Assembly (NCBI GenBank): GCA_963808235.1 | Contig: CAWEEQ010000004.1 | Location: forward strand, 1,792,001 to 1,856,000 | Direction: 5' to 3' | Origin: an uncultured delta proteobacterium | Lineage (GTDB): Bacteria > Desulfobacterota > Binatia > Binatales > Binataceae | DNA: 64,000 nucleotides | In this document: in pieces, positions 39,275-48,883 of the stretch | Layout: the number at the start of each line of letters is the position of its first letter | Numbering within the stretch: the stretch's first letter is position 1 | Position numbers and translations under genes: made by a program | Notes under the pieces: model-generated | Databases searched by the model: none | What the model was told of the DNA's origin: nothing | The model's input: the letters and a program-made list of their open reading frames with translations, nothing else

Positions 39275-39754
39275 ATGAGCACCGGGCGTCCGAGCTGGCA
39301 TCAATACTTCATGACCATCACGCGCGAAGTCGCGGAGCGCTCGACCTGCCTGCGCGCGAAAGTCGGCGCAGTGATTGTCCGCGATCGCAGCATCCTCGCG
39401 ACCGGCTACAATGGTTCGCCGGCGGGATTGCCGCATTGCACCGAGGTCGGATGCCTCATCTACGAATCGCGCACACCCGACGGTGACGTCGAGCAAAACT
39501 GCTACCGCACCATCCACGCCGAGATAAACGCGATTTCGCAGGCCGCGCGCAACGGCGCGGCAATTCGCGACGCCGACATCTACGTCACTCACACCCCGTG
39601 CATCCACTGCCTCAAGGTGTTGATCAACACCGGCGTGCGCACCGTGTATTACGCCAAGGAGTACAAGCTGCACACGCTCGCCGAGATGCTCAAGCACGCG
39701 AGCATCAAGCTGGTGCCGGTGCCAACGGAAAATTCCACGGCGGGCGCGTCATGA
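39275..39754 (+). CDS. dCMP deaminase (ComEB-like)
   Basis: RPSW..YFM, RSTC, ATGYNG, HAE, PCIHC. Confidence 0.92.
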   Translation: MSTGRPSWHQYFMTITREVAERSTCLRAKVGAVIVRDRSILATGYNGSPAGLPHCTEVGCLIYESRTPDGDVEQNCYRTIHAEINAISQAARNGAAIRDADIYVTHTPCIHCLKVLINTGVRTVYYAKEYKLHTLAEMLKHASIKLVPVPTENSTAGAS

Positions 39755-40224
39755 CAACCGCTTGTCTCCTGTGCGAGATGATCGATCGGATCAATGCGGG
39801 CACCTTCCGCGATTTCGTCGCTGAGCTTGATGCGAGCTACGTGATCCTGGGCGATCAGCAGTTCTATCGCGGCTACTGCGTGCTGATTTCAAAGGCTCAC
39901 GTGACCGAACTCTACCTGATGCCCACACAAGCCGCTCGCACGCTGTTCGACGAGATGCGGCTATGTGCGGAAGCAATCGCCACGGTCGCGAAGCCGTGGA
40001 AAATGAATTACGAATGCCTCGGCAACTCGGTGCCGCATGTCCACTGGCATCTGCTGCCGCGCTTCGAGACTGAAAGTGACGAACTCCGGCGCGGGCCCAT
40101 CTGGCTCCGTCCCGAAGCCGAACGAAAGGTACCGCTTGACGAAAATGACCGCCGCGCGCTTATCGGATCGATCCGCCACGAGCTTGCCCTCCGCTTCCCC
40201 GATGCGCGCATCCCGGTCTCCTAG
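39751..40224 (+). CDS. HIT-family hydrolase
   Basis: CLLC and GNSVPHVHWH. Confidence 0.88.
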   Translation: MTTACLLCEMIDRINAGTFRDFVAELDASYVILGDQQFYRGYCVLISKAHVTELYLMPTQAARTLFDEMRLCAEAIATVAKPWKMNYECLGNSVPHVHWHLLPRFETESDELRRGPIWLRPEAERKVPLDENDRRALIGSIRHELALRFPDARIPVS

Positions 40225-40528
40225 AAAATCAGCATCGACGCCGAAGGTCGCGAGCATCGCGCTCGGCGCTGCGTCGCTCTTCGTTCTGCTCGCCGGATGC
40301 AAACCTCAGTCGCTGCCTGAATCGAACAGTCCCGCCGCACAGCTCTACGCCAGTCGATGCGGCAATTGCCACGTGCCCTACAATCCGCATGAGATGACTG
40401 CGTCAATGTGGGAAACGCAGGTCCCAATGATGGAAGTGAAGATTCAAAACGCCGGGATGCCCCCGCTGACTTCGGAAGAGCGCGACGCAATCCTCGACTA
40501 CCTGAAGCGCAACGCCGGCACCGAGTAA
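40202..40528 (+). CDS. Monoheme c-type cytochrome lipoprotein
   Basis: Lipobox LAGC, CxxCH (CGNCH), distal Met; start uncertain. Confidence 0.75.
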   Translation: MRASRSPRKSASTPKVASIALGAASLFVLLAGCKPQSLPESNSPAAQLYASRCGNCHVPYNPHEMTASMWETQVPMMEVKIQNAGMPPLTSEERDAILDYLKRNAGTE

Positions 40529-40552
40529 CTAGCAATTCTGTCTACGATTGTT

Positions 40553-40586
40553 CCCCTTCCCTCGAGGGAAGGGGTTAGGGGTTAGG
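40553..40586 (+). repeat. REP-like palindrome with TTAGGGGTTAGG tail
   Basis: Perfect 22-bp palindrome CCCCTTCCCTCGAGGGAAGGGG followed by TTAGGGGTTAGG. Confidence 0.7.
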
Positions 40587-40630
40587 TTTCTTCGCCTGAG
40601 TAAATGCTAAATCCAGCACCGAGTGATCGC

Positions 40631-41242
40631 ATGCCCGACGAACTCCTGACCATCAAGCTCTACTACGACTACAAGAGCCCGTTCGCATATCTCGCGATGG
40701 CGCCCGCTTACGCGCTGATGGAATCGCATCGCGTCCGCCTGCATTACATCCCGCATGAATTGAACGTCCGCGGCGCATTTGGCGGAGAAGTCGACGAGCG
40801 CCCGGAGCGCGAATGGCGCAAAGTGCGCTACCTCTACCTCGACGCGCGCCGCTACGCCAACGCACGCGGGATGATCATCCGCGGTCCGCAAAAAATCTTT
40901 GACTCGAAACTATCTCTGATGACAGGTCTGTGGGCCGACCAGCACGGCCTCTTCCGCCCTTACTCCGACCGCGTGTTCGAGCGCTTCTTCAAACGCGAAC
41001 TTGACATCGAGGATGGCGCTGCGCTCGCCGCGGTGATGAAGGAAGTCGGCCTCGACGCCGACGGGTTCGAACGCTTTGCGCATCACGACGGACCGCGCGA
41101 ACTTCAGGACGCGTTCGCGACCGGCGATCGCGACGGAGTTTTCGGCGTGCCTACTTTTATCGTCGATGGCGAACCGTTCTGGGGCAACGACCGCGTCGAG
41201 TGGGTCGTCAAGAAGCTCGACGCGATGGGACTGAAGCGCTGA
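40631..41242 (+). CDS. DsbA-like / 2-hydroxychromene-2-carboxylate isomerase family protein
   Basis: YYDYKSPFAYL, GVFGVPTFIVDGEPFWGNDR. Confidence 0.9.
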   Translation: MPDELLTIKLYYDYKSPFAYLAMAPAYALMESHRVRLHYIPHELNVRGAFGGEVDERPEREWRKVRYLYLDARRYANARGMIIRGPQKIFDSKLSLMTGLWADQHGLFRPYSDRVFERFFKRELDIEDGAALAAVMKEVGLDADGFERFAHHDGPRELQDAFATGDRDGVFGVPTFIVDGEPFWGNDRVEWVVKKLDAMGLKR

Positions 41243-41254
41243 AGGAGTCCGACC

Positions 41255-41650
41255 ATGAAGCCGATTCCAGTTGGAACAAAAGGCACCGAAACAAAGACCG
41301 TCGCGGCCGTCGATCTCGCAAGCCATCTCGACTCGACGCTGGCAGCCGTGCTCTCCACGCCAACGATGATCTCGATGATGGAACACGCGGCGATCGACGC
41401 AATCCGCACCTACCTCGATCCGGGCGAGAGTTCGGTCGGCATGTCGATCGAAGTGAATCACACCGCGGCCACGCCGCCGGGACATCGCGTGCGCGCTGAG
41501 GCAGAACTGACCAAAATCGAGGGACGCCGACTCGAGTTTTCAGTGCGCGCCTTCGATGAAGTCGAGCAGATCGGCTCTGGGACGCATCGCCGCGCCGTAA
41601 TCGACTTCGCCAAATTCAACGATCGGATCAAAACCAAACAGAAGAGTTAG
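41255..41650 (+). CDS. FlK-like hotdog thioesterase
   Basis: VLSTP.M...ME, SVG..I.V.H.AATP, G.H.R. Confidence 0.85.
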   Translation: MKPIPVGTKGTETKTVAAVDLASHLDSTLAAVLSTPTMISMMEHAAIDAIRTYLDPGESSVGMSIEVNHTAATPPGHRVRAEAELTKIEGRRLEFSVRAFDEVEQIGSGTHRRAVIDFAKFNDRIKTKQKS

Positions 41651-41666
41651 CGCGCGGTATTCGACT

Positions 41667-42548
41667 ATGAGCACCGAGATGTTCGATCGCAAAGAAGTTT
41701 ACGTGGGCCGCGACTTCGGCGGCATGACCTACGACATCACGCCCGATCTTGTCGCGACCTATATCGCCGGCACCGGCGACGACAATCCGTGGTATCGCGA
41801 CAAGTCTCCGCTCGGAGGACCCGTCGCACCCGCGCTGATTCTTCACAGCGCGGTTTACCAGACGCTCGGTTGGTATCTGCCGAATATCTACGGCAACCTG
41901 CACGCGCGCCAGGAATGGGAACTGTTCGGGCCTGTGATGGTCGGGGAGCGAATCACGACCCGCTCCGTAATCGTCGACCGTTATCTCAAGCGCGATCGCG
42001 AGTACGTCGTGAACGAAGTCCTCGTCGGCAACGCGAGCGGCCAGATCGTTTCGCGCAGCCGGACCCATCAGAGTTTTCTTCTCCCCGATCAAACCAAACA
42101 GGGATTCGTCGTCGATCGCACCCGCGAGAAAGATTCCAAACGATCATTCAAAATCGGCGAACGCAGCGGCGAGCCGATCGATTCCCCGATGCGCACGATT
42201 ACCGAAGACATGTGCATGGCGTTCTCCGGCCCCGCGCGCAACTATCACAACGACAAGCAAAAGGCCGTCGAGCTTGGGTTCCCCGAAATTGTCGTGCAGG
42301 GAATGATGTCAGTCTGCTTCATATCCGAAATGATGACGCGTCGCTTCGGCCTCGGCTTCCTCTACGGCGGCAAGATGGACCTGCGACTGGTCAACGTAGT
42401 TTGGGGCAACGATACCACCGGCCCCAAGGGCCTGATCGTCGAGCGTCGTCCCGAAGGCAAGCGCTCACGCGCCGAAGTCGAAGTCTGGTGCGACAAAGCC
42501 GACGCCACCAAGACCATAGTCGGCGCCGCGAGCGCGCTCGAATTGTAA
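41667..42548 (+). CDS. Double-hotdog MaoC-like dehydratase
   Basis: D.NP.Y, LHARQEW, NYHND..A..LGF...VVQG. Confidence 0.8.
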   Translation: MSTEMFDRKEVYVGRDFGGMTYDITPDLVATYIAGTGDDNPWYRDKSPLGGPVAPALILHSAVYQTLGWYLPNIYGNLHARQEWELFGPVMVGERITTRSVIVDRYLKRDREYVVNEVLVGNASGQIVSRSRTHQSFLLPDQTKQGFVVDRTREKDSKRSFKIGERSGEPIDSPMRTITEDMCMAFSGPARNYHNDKQKAVELGFPEIVVQGMMSVCFISEMMTRRFGLGFLYGGKMDLRLVNVVWGNDTTGPKGLIVERRPEGKRSRAEVEVWCDKADATKTIVGAASALEL

Positions 42549-42791
42549 GTGCCGAGCATAGTGGCGAATCGGATGCGCGTCATCGGCGCAATCGCTGTTT
42601 TCACTATGGTCGCGCTCGCGGCCTGCGCAAATCGATGCGACTACGCGCAAGTCAAATGCCAGTACGAATGCAAGCGCACCTACCAGGCGTGCGAACTACG
42701 CGGCAACGACGAGTGGTACTGCCACAACCAAATCGGTGAGTGCTGGTCGAATTGCGAAGCGACCCGCGCCGGCTGTCATTCGATCTTGTGA
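42549..42791 (+). CDS. Small cysteine-rich lipoprotein
   Basis: Lipobox LAAC followed by 8 regularly spaced Cys. Confidence 0.65.
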   Translation: MPSIVANRMRVIGAIAVFTMVALAACANRCDYAQVKCQYECKRTYQACELRGNDEWYCHNQIGECWSNCEATRAGCHSIL

Positions 42792-42803
42792 GTATCGGAT
42801 CCG

Positions 42804-44123
42804 CTATGCGGCAGTGAGCGCCTCGATGTCGGCGACCATCTTCGGCGTCGCCGCAGTCATCACTTCGTAGCCGTCGTCTGTCACCAGCACGTCGTCCTCG
42901 ATTCGAATTCCAATTCCGCGGAAACTCTCCGGCACATCTTCGTCGTCCGGATTGATGTAGAGCCCGGGCTCCACCGTCAGCACCATCCCCGGCTCCAGCA
43001 CTCGCGACGCGCCATCTAGTCGGTATAACCCTACGTCATGCACGTCCATGCCGAGCCAGTGACTGGTGCGATGCATGTAGTAGCGCCGGTACGCGCCGGT
43101 CTCGATAATCTCGGCGGCCGAACCGTGCAAAATTCCGAGCTGGCGCATCCCATCGACCAGCACCCGCAACGCAGCTTCATGTGGATCGTCGAAGCGCGCG
43201 CCCGGCTTGATCACTTCGATCGCCTGCCGCTGCGCCTCGAGAACTACTTCGTAAAGGCTGCGTTGTAACGGCGTGAAGCGCGCACCGATCGGCGAGGTCC
43301 GCGTTATGTCGGCTGCGTAAAAGTCGTACTCCGCACCTGCGTCGATCAGCAGCAGCTCACCGTTCCGCATCTCGCGATCGTTGTTGATGTAATGGAGCGT
43401 CGCCGCGTTGAATCCCGACGCGATGATCGACGGATAGCTCGGCCCGGTCGCGCCGTTGGAGCGGAACGTGTAATCGACCTCCGCCTCGATCTGCCATTCC
43501 TTCATCCCGCCGCGCGCCTTCATCATCGCGCGCTTGTGCGCCTCCGCGGAGATCTCCATCGCCCGCCGCATCGATTCCAACTCGGCCGGTTCCTTCTTGA
43601 GGCGCAGCTCGTGGATGATATCGCGCGGATCGATTATCGAGGACGGTCCCATCCCGCTTCGCGGCCGCATGCTCTGCGCCCATCGCACCAGCTTCAGCAC
43701 CCGCTCATCCATCTTCTCGTTGAGGCCGAGCGGGTAGTGGACGCGATCGCTCTTCTCCAGGTAGCGCGGCAGAATTTTCTCCAGCTCGTCGATCACGTAC
43801 GCTTTGTCGGCGCCGTACTCGACGATCGCGCCTTCTATCCCGGCGCGCCTGCCCGTCCACGTCTCGCGTTCCTTGTCGCGCGGACGAACGAACATGACGA
43901 ACTCGCCGTCGGGATGCCCCGGCGAAAGCAGCGCGACAGATTCCGGTTCTGCAAAACCGGTCAGGTAGTAGAAGTCGCTGTCCTGCCGGTAGATGAACTC
44001 GACGTCGCCGGAACGGATCGCCACCGGCGCGCTCGGCAAGATCGCGGTTGCACCCGGCGCGATCGCATCCATCAGCCGTTTGCGCCGCGCCGCGAAGCTC
44101 GTCCCGTTGTTGTTCGCACTCAT
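42804..44123 (-). CDS. pepP: Xaa-Pro aminopeptidase
   Basis: RQDSDFYYLTGF.EP, LHY, DAG, DITRT, H.TSHWLGMDVHD, EPG, GIRIEDD. Confidence 0.95.
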   Translation of the reverse strand: MSANNNGTSFAARRKRLMDAIAPGATAILPSAPVAIRSGDVEFIYRQDSDFYYLTGFAEPESVALLSPGHPDGEFVMFVRPRDKERETWTGRRAGIEGAIVEYGADKAYVIDELEKILPRYLEKSDRVHYPLGLNEKMDERVLKLVRWAQSMRPRSGMGPSSIIDPRDIIHELRLKKEPAELESMRRAMEISAEAHKRAMMKARGGMKEWQIEAEVDYTFRSNGATGPSYPSIIASGFNAATLHYINNDREMRNGELLLIDAGAEYDFYAADITRTSPIGARFTPLQRSLYEVVLEAQRQAIEVIKPGARFDDPHEAALRVLVDGMRQLGILHGSAAEIIETGAYRRYYMHRTSHWLGMDVHDVGLYRLDGASRVLEPGMVLTVEPGLYINPDDEDVPESFRGIGIRIEDDVLVTDDGYEVMTAATPKMVADIEALTAA

Positions 44124-44177
44124 CGAAGTAAGATTACGCCACGCCGCGACCGCTGGCGCCAGAGGGTTCTTGCGCGC

Positions 44178-45019
44178 TCAGGGCAGCCCGGCGCGCGGCA
44201 CCTCGACCTGCGTGATCTCGATTCTGCCCGTCCGATTCGCAGCACATTTCTCAGGATCGGAGTTCGCTGCCGTCGCGACAAACAGCGTGCGCCCATCAGG
44301 ACCGCCGAGCATGCACGCGAACGCGTCCGTCTCGACTTTGATTCGCTCCGTTACTGCACCGCCCTGCTTCACCCGAATCACTTCCGACGCGGTCGGACAC
44401 GCAACCCAGATCGCATTTTCCGCATCCAGGCAAATTCCGTCGGGTAAGTTCTTGTCGAGCTCGGCCCACACGCGCCGATTATTCAGCGACCCGTCTGCAG
44501 CAATGTCGAAGGCAGTGAGCCGCCGCCCGAACGTCTCGCCGACGATCAGAGTTTTTCCATCCGGCGTGATGACCATGCCGTTGGGGAACATCATTTCTTC
44601 TGCGACGATTCGCGCGACGCCATCAGCCGCAACCATCACAATCGTCGTCCCGCGAGGCGTTTCGTTCGCATGCAGATCGAACCCAAAGTTGCCCACGTAG
44701 GCGCGGCCAGCCGCATCGACGACCATGTCATTGCAATGAAACGGCGCGAGCTTGCTCATATCGGCGACTGTCTTCAGCCCGTCGCGATCGAGCCGCATCA
44801 GTTTTCGATCCGTCATCGAGACGACAGCATCCGCCCATCGGGCAGCCATCCGAGTCCCGATGGCCACGCCGGCACTTCGCAAACGACCTCCGACTTGCCC
44901 GCCATATCGACCGCGAGCACCTGATGCGCATGCATGTCGGAAAAATAAAATTTCCCGCCATGCCATCGCGGGCCTTCCGGAAACGCGAGACCATCGAGCA
45001 AAACTTTCAGCCTGCGCAT
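44178..45019 (-). pseudogene. SMP-30/gluconolactonase family protein with a one-base deletion near 44826
   Basis: FPEGPRW, PSGLGWLPDGRML in one frame; VSMTDRK, NDMVVD, FPNG, PDGICLD in the other. Confidence 0.85.
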
Positions 45020-45033
45020 TTTGATCTCGTCCT

Positions 45034-46278
45034 CTAATCGAGTGCGCCCTTCGCCCGCATCGCATCGATTTCCGCCTTGCTGTAGCCGAGCTCCGCCAGC
45101 ACTTCATTGGTATGCTGCCCGAGCGTCGGCGCCGCCGCCTTCACTTCGCACGGCGTCGCGCTCATCCGCCACGGTATTCCGCAATGCTGCCGCTTACCGA
45201 CCTCAGGATGCTCGCGATACACGAAGTATCCGCGCTCAGTCAGCTGCGGATCCTCCGACAGGTACTTGCTGTCAGCGCATGCCGACGCTGCGACGCCCGC
45301 CTTCTGCAACTCCGCGACGACGTCCGCAACCCGCCGGCCCGAAGTCCATTCGGTGATGATCGCCTCGAGCGCGGCCTCGTTCTGCTTCCGTGCCGCGAGG
45401 GTCTTGAAGCGCGCATCGTTGGCCAGTTCCGGCTTGCCGATCGCGCGCGCGAGGCGTTCCCACTCCGCATCGTCCGCACACACGATCGACACCCACTGGT
45501 CGATCGTCACGTCCATCACCTTCTCCGGCAGATCGAGGCACTTGAAAATTCCATGCGGCGCCATCTGCGGATCGATATTTCCAACTCGCTCAGGTTCGCG
45601 CCCGTTCATCGTGTACTCGAGGATTCCCTCCGCCAGCAGGTCCATCGCGCATTCCCACTGACTCATGTCGATGTACTGTCCCTCGCCGGTTTTCGCGCGA
45701 TGGAACAGCGCGCATATCAACGCGAACGCGCCGTGCACTCCCGCGTTGGGATCGGCGTAGCTGAACCCCGCATGCATCGGCGGGAAACCTTTGTACCCCG
45801 TCAACGCCGACAACCCCGACAGCGGAACCTGCGCCGGCCCGTACGCGACGTAGTCCTTGTATGGTCCAGTGTCGCCGTAGCCCGACAGCGAGATCATGAT
45901 CACCTTCGGATTCGCTTTCTTCACCGCGTCGTATCCGAAGCCCATCTTCTCGATCACACCCGAAGCGAAGTTGTTGATCACGATGTCGCTCTGCTTGATC
46001 AACCGCCACGCCGCTTCACACGCCTCCGGATGCTTGAAATTCAGCGACAGCGACTTCTTGCCCTGGTTGTATTGGTTGAAGTAGCCCGACTTGTTGAGGC
46101 CGTCGAACACTCCGCCCGGCCACGGCGGCAGCATCCGCGTCACGCACGGCCGCGTCTTGGTCTCGATGCGAATCACTTCGGCGCCGAGATGAGCCAACTG
46201 GAGCGTGCAGTACGGGCCGGCCCACACCCACGTAAAATCGCAAACCCGTATTCCTGAAAGTGGCGGCGGCTTCGCCAT
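45034..46278 (-). CDS. CaiB/BaiF (family III) CoA transferase
   Basis: WAGPYC..LAHLGAEVIRIE, NQGKKS, SGYG.TGP, APTLGQHT. Confidence 0.93.
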   Translation of the reverse strand: MAKPPPLSGIRVCDFTWVWAGPYCTLQLAHLGAEVIRIETKTRPCVTRMLPPWPGGVFDGLNKSGYFNQYNQGKKSLSLNFKHPEACEAAWRLIKQSDIVINNFASGVIEKMGFGYDAVKKANPKVIMISLSGYGDTGPYKDYVAYGPAQVPLSGLSALTGYKGFPPMHAGFSYADPNAGVHGAFALICALFHRAKTGEGQYIDMSQWECAMDLLAEGILEYTMNGREPERVGNIDPQMAPHGIFKCLDLPEKVMDVTIDQWVSIVCADDAEWERLARAIGKPELANDARFKTLAARKQNEAALEAIITEWTSGRRVADVVAELQKAGVAASACADSKYLSEDPQLTERGYFVYREHPEVGKRQHCGIPWRMSATPCEVKAAAPTLGQHTNEVLAELGYSKAEIDAMRAKGALD

Positions 46279-46280
46279 CG

Positions 46281-47489
46281 CTAAATCACACCTTTGCGTT
46301 TGAGTTCGTCGAGTCGCGATTGGGCGAGCCCGAGCTGTTTGTCGTACACCTCGCCGTTATGCTGCCCGAGCGTCGGCGCCGGCCGCCGAATCTCCCACGG
46401 CGTCCGTTCGTACTTGAGCGGCGCGCCGGGATACTTATGCTTTCCCGCGACCGGCTGCGCGATCTCGACGAAAAATCCGCGCGCCTTCAGATGCTCCGAG
46501 TTGAGAAGATCGCCCATCGTCGAGACCGGCGCGAACGGAACCCGCTTCGCCTGCGCCTTGCGATACAAATCGAGCACCGTCTGCTGGCTGACCCATTCTT
46601 CAAGTAACACTTTAAGCGCGTCCCAGTTGAGCGCGCGCACCAATCGGTCCTTGAAAATTTCCTCGTCGGCCCATTCCGGGTTGCCCATGATGTCGACGAA
46701 CGAGCGCCACTGATGCTCCTCGATACAGCAGAGGTAGATGTAACCGTCTTTGCACTGCATCGTCTCGACCGGTTGCAGCGGCTTCTGTCCGAGTCGCGTC
46801 GCGATCATTTTCATGTACGGCCAATACTCGAACGTCATCTCCAGCATCGAGGCGATCGACTCCTGTACCGAGACCTCGATATGCTGCCCCTCGCCGTCGC
46901 GCAGATGCGCGAATGCCGCCGCAATCGTCGCGGTCGCGCCATGCACTCCGCCCTGGTAGCCCGCCTGCTGCCCCGCCGTCTTCAGCGGCGGTAGCTCCGG
47001 ATGCTCCGGCCCTCCGCCATTCAGCACGCACACTCCGCCCGCGCACCAGAGAGTCAGGTCCTCCGCACGATAGTTGCGATACGGACCGGTCATACCGAAC
47101 GGCAAAATCGAAGTCATAATCAACTTCGGATTCACCCGATGCACTCGTTCGAAGCTGAGCCCGATCCGATCCATGTCCGGCGGCGTAACGTTGTGAATTA
47201 GAATGTCCGCATCACCGACTAGCTTCTCGAATATTTCAAAACCGTCGGGCTTCGTGATGTCGAGCGTGAGGCCGCGCTTGTTGGTGTTGAGATAAAGAAA
47301 CAGCCCGCTGGTCTCAGGATTCGGCTTGTCGCCGGGAAACGGCCCGCGCGTCCGCGCGCGATCTCCCGCGCCCGGCCGCTCGATCTTGACGACGTCGGCG
47401 CCCATGTCCGCCAGCAGTTTGCTGCAATAAGGCGCCGAGACCATCTCGCCTACTTCTACGATCTTTAAGCTGGACAACGCTCCTGCCAT
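46281..47489 (-). CDS. CaiB/BaiF CoA transferase (partner subunit)
   Basis: APYC.KLLADMGADVVKIE, YLNTNKR, PFG.TGP, APTLGQHN. Confidence 0.93.
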   Translation of the reverse strand: MAGALSSLKIVEVGEMVSAPYCSKLLADMGADVVKIERPGAGDRARTRGPFPGDKPNPETSGLFLYLNTNKRGLTLDITKPDGFEIFEKLVGDADILIHNVTPPDMDRIGLSFERVHRVNPKLIMTSILPFGMTGPYRNYRAEDLTLWCAGGVCVLNGGGPEHPELPPLKTAGQQAGYQGGVHGATATIAAAFAHLRDGEGQHIEVSVQESIASMLEMTFEYWPYMKMIATRLGQKPLQPVETMQCKDGYIYLCCIEEHQWRSFVDIMGNPEWADEEIFKDRLVRALNWDALKVLLEEWVSQQTVLDLYRKAQAKRVPFAPVSTMGDLLNSEHLKARGFFVEIAQPVAGKHKYPGAPLKYERTPWEIRRPAPTLGQHNGEVYDKQLGLAQSRLDELKRKGVI

Positions 47490-47503
47490 CGACACTCCAA
47501 TTC

Positions 47504-47776
47504 CTATTCCGGAAAAACCTGTCGGAACGGCTTCACCTCGACGCGCGCGAACACTCCACTAGTCGTATACGGATCGCTCTCCGCAAATGCTCTCGCTTCC
47601 GCCTCGCTCTCCATATCGACGATAATCAGACTGCCACTGCCATCGGTAAACGGCCCCGCGATCTTGACCTTGCCCGCATTCACGAGCGGCCGCAGATTCT
47701 CCAGATGTGCCGGCCGAATCCGCGGCCGGAGCGCCGCGCCGTCAGGTCCGTCGTGACCGATAATCACGAACAACAT
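47504..47776 (-). CDS. YciI-family protein
   Basis: R...RPAH, AGP, GSL, DPY motifs. Confidence 0.9.
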   Translation of the reverse strand: MLFVIIGHDGPDGAALRPRIRPAHLENLRPLVNAGKVKIAGPFTDGSGSLIIVDMESEAEARAFAESDPYTTSGVFARVEVKPFRQVFPE

Positions 47777-47815
47777 TACATAGTCCTCTTTTCTTTTAAC
47801 ACCGAAGAAGTCTTC

Positions 47816-48865
47816 CTACACCTGGTCCCGGTCCAACGACGAGCTCCACTTCCGCGACGCGCGCCCTTCCCATCCGCGCTTGTGATACGCATATCCCACG
47901 ATCAGCGGCACCGCGATGGTCGCCTCGCAATACACCATCTGCTCGTACGTCGTATCGACCTTGCCCCAACTGCTCGCTTCCTTGAGCGTGCTGCCCGAGA
48001 GCGCGCCGTCGCGCACGTCGGCGACGGTAATCTGGATCGCGTATTTATGCATCGGCACGTCATGACCCAGCACCTCGGCCGAGACCACGATGTCCTGCGC
48101 GAAATTTTTCGGCACTCCGCCGCCGATCATGAAGAGCCCGGTGCTTTGATTTTTCACCTTGAGCCGGGTCAGCTCGTAAAAATCTTTTGCGCTATCAAGT
48201 GATACTTTAGGTTTTCCGTGGCGCGCCGCCTGATGCGCCACCAACCCGAATCCGGCCGAACAGTCGCTGAACGCCGGGCAGAAAATCGGCACCTCTTCGC
48301 GAAACGCCTCCAGCACGATACTCGCGGCCGTCTTCGCGCCAGTCTCGGAAAGATACTTGCCCATCTCGCCCACAAACTCGCGCGATGAATACGCCCGCGG
48401 CTCGAGCCGGTCGGCAATTTTCTGGATCGTCTCGTCGCAGACCCTGAGCTCGTCCTCGTCTATAAGCGTGTCGTAGATTCGATCGATATGCATCTCGCGC
48501 AGCTTGTCGTCGTCGAGTCCGTACTTGAAGCGATCCTCGGCCATCCAATGCCGATAGCCGAGCGCCTCGAAGAAATCCTGGTCGACGATATTCGCGCCGG
48601 TGCTCACGATCGCATCGACCATGTGATTGCGAATCATGTCGGTGAAGACCCGCTTCAATCCGGCACTGATCAGCGATCCCGCAAGACACAGGATCACGCC
48701 GCAATCGCGATCGCGCAGCATCCGATCGTAAATCTGCGCCGCGCGATGCAAGTCGCGCGCGCTGTATGCCATCTGTCCCATCGCCTCGACGATCGGCACC
48801 ACGCTCTCACGCGTGATATCGACGTGTTCGATCGGATGCTTTAAAAATTCCGCCTTGCTACTCAT
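47816..48865 (-). CDS. Deoxyhypusine synthase-like protein (putative homospermidine synthase)
   Basis: STGAN, DRIYD, FCPAFSD, GGGVPKN, DGALSG....EA.SWGK with the catalytic Lys present. Confidence 0.9.
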   Translation of the reverse strand: MSSKAEFLKHPIEHVDITRESVVPIVEAMGQMAYSARDLHRAAQIYDRMLRDRDCGVILCLAGSLISAGLKRVFTDMIRNHMVDAIVSTGANIVDQDFFEALGYRHWMAEDRFKYGLDDDKLREMHIDRIYDTLIDEDELRVCDETIQKIADRLEPRAYSSREFVGEMGKYLSETGAKTAASIVLEAFREEVPIFCPAFSDCSAGFGLVAHQAARHGKPKVSLDSAKDFYELTRLKVKNQSTGLFMIGGGVPKNFAQDIVVSAEVLGHDVPMHKYAIQITVADVRDGALSGSTLKEASSWGKVDTTYEQMVYCEATIAVPLIVGYAYHKRGWEGRASRKWSSSLDRDQV

Positions 48866-48883
48866 CTCGAAGCCTCTTGTGCA

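Noticed and set aside
37313-41650. Fluorometabolite cluster (fluorinase-family gene near an FlK-like thioesterase)
   Set aside because: The DUF62 protein has the TFHGRD motif typical of SAM hydroxide adenosyltransferases, the genes between are housekeeping, and both families are widespread.
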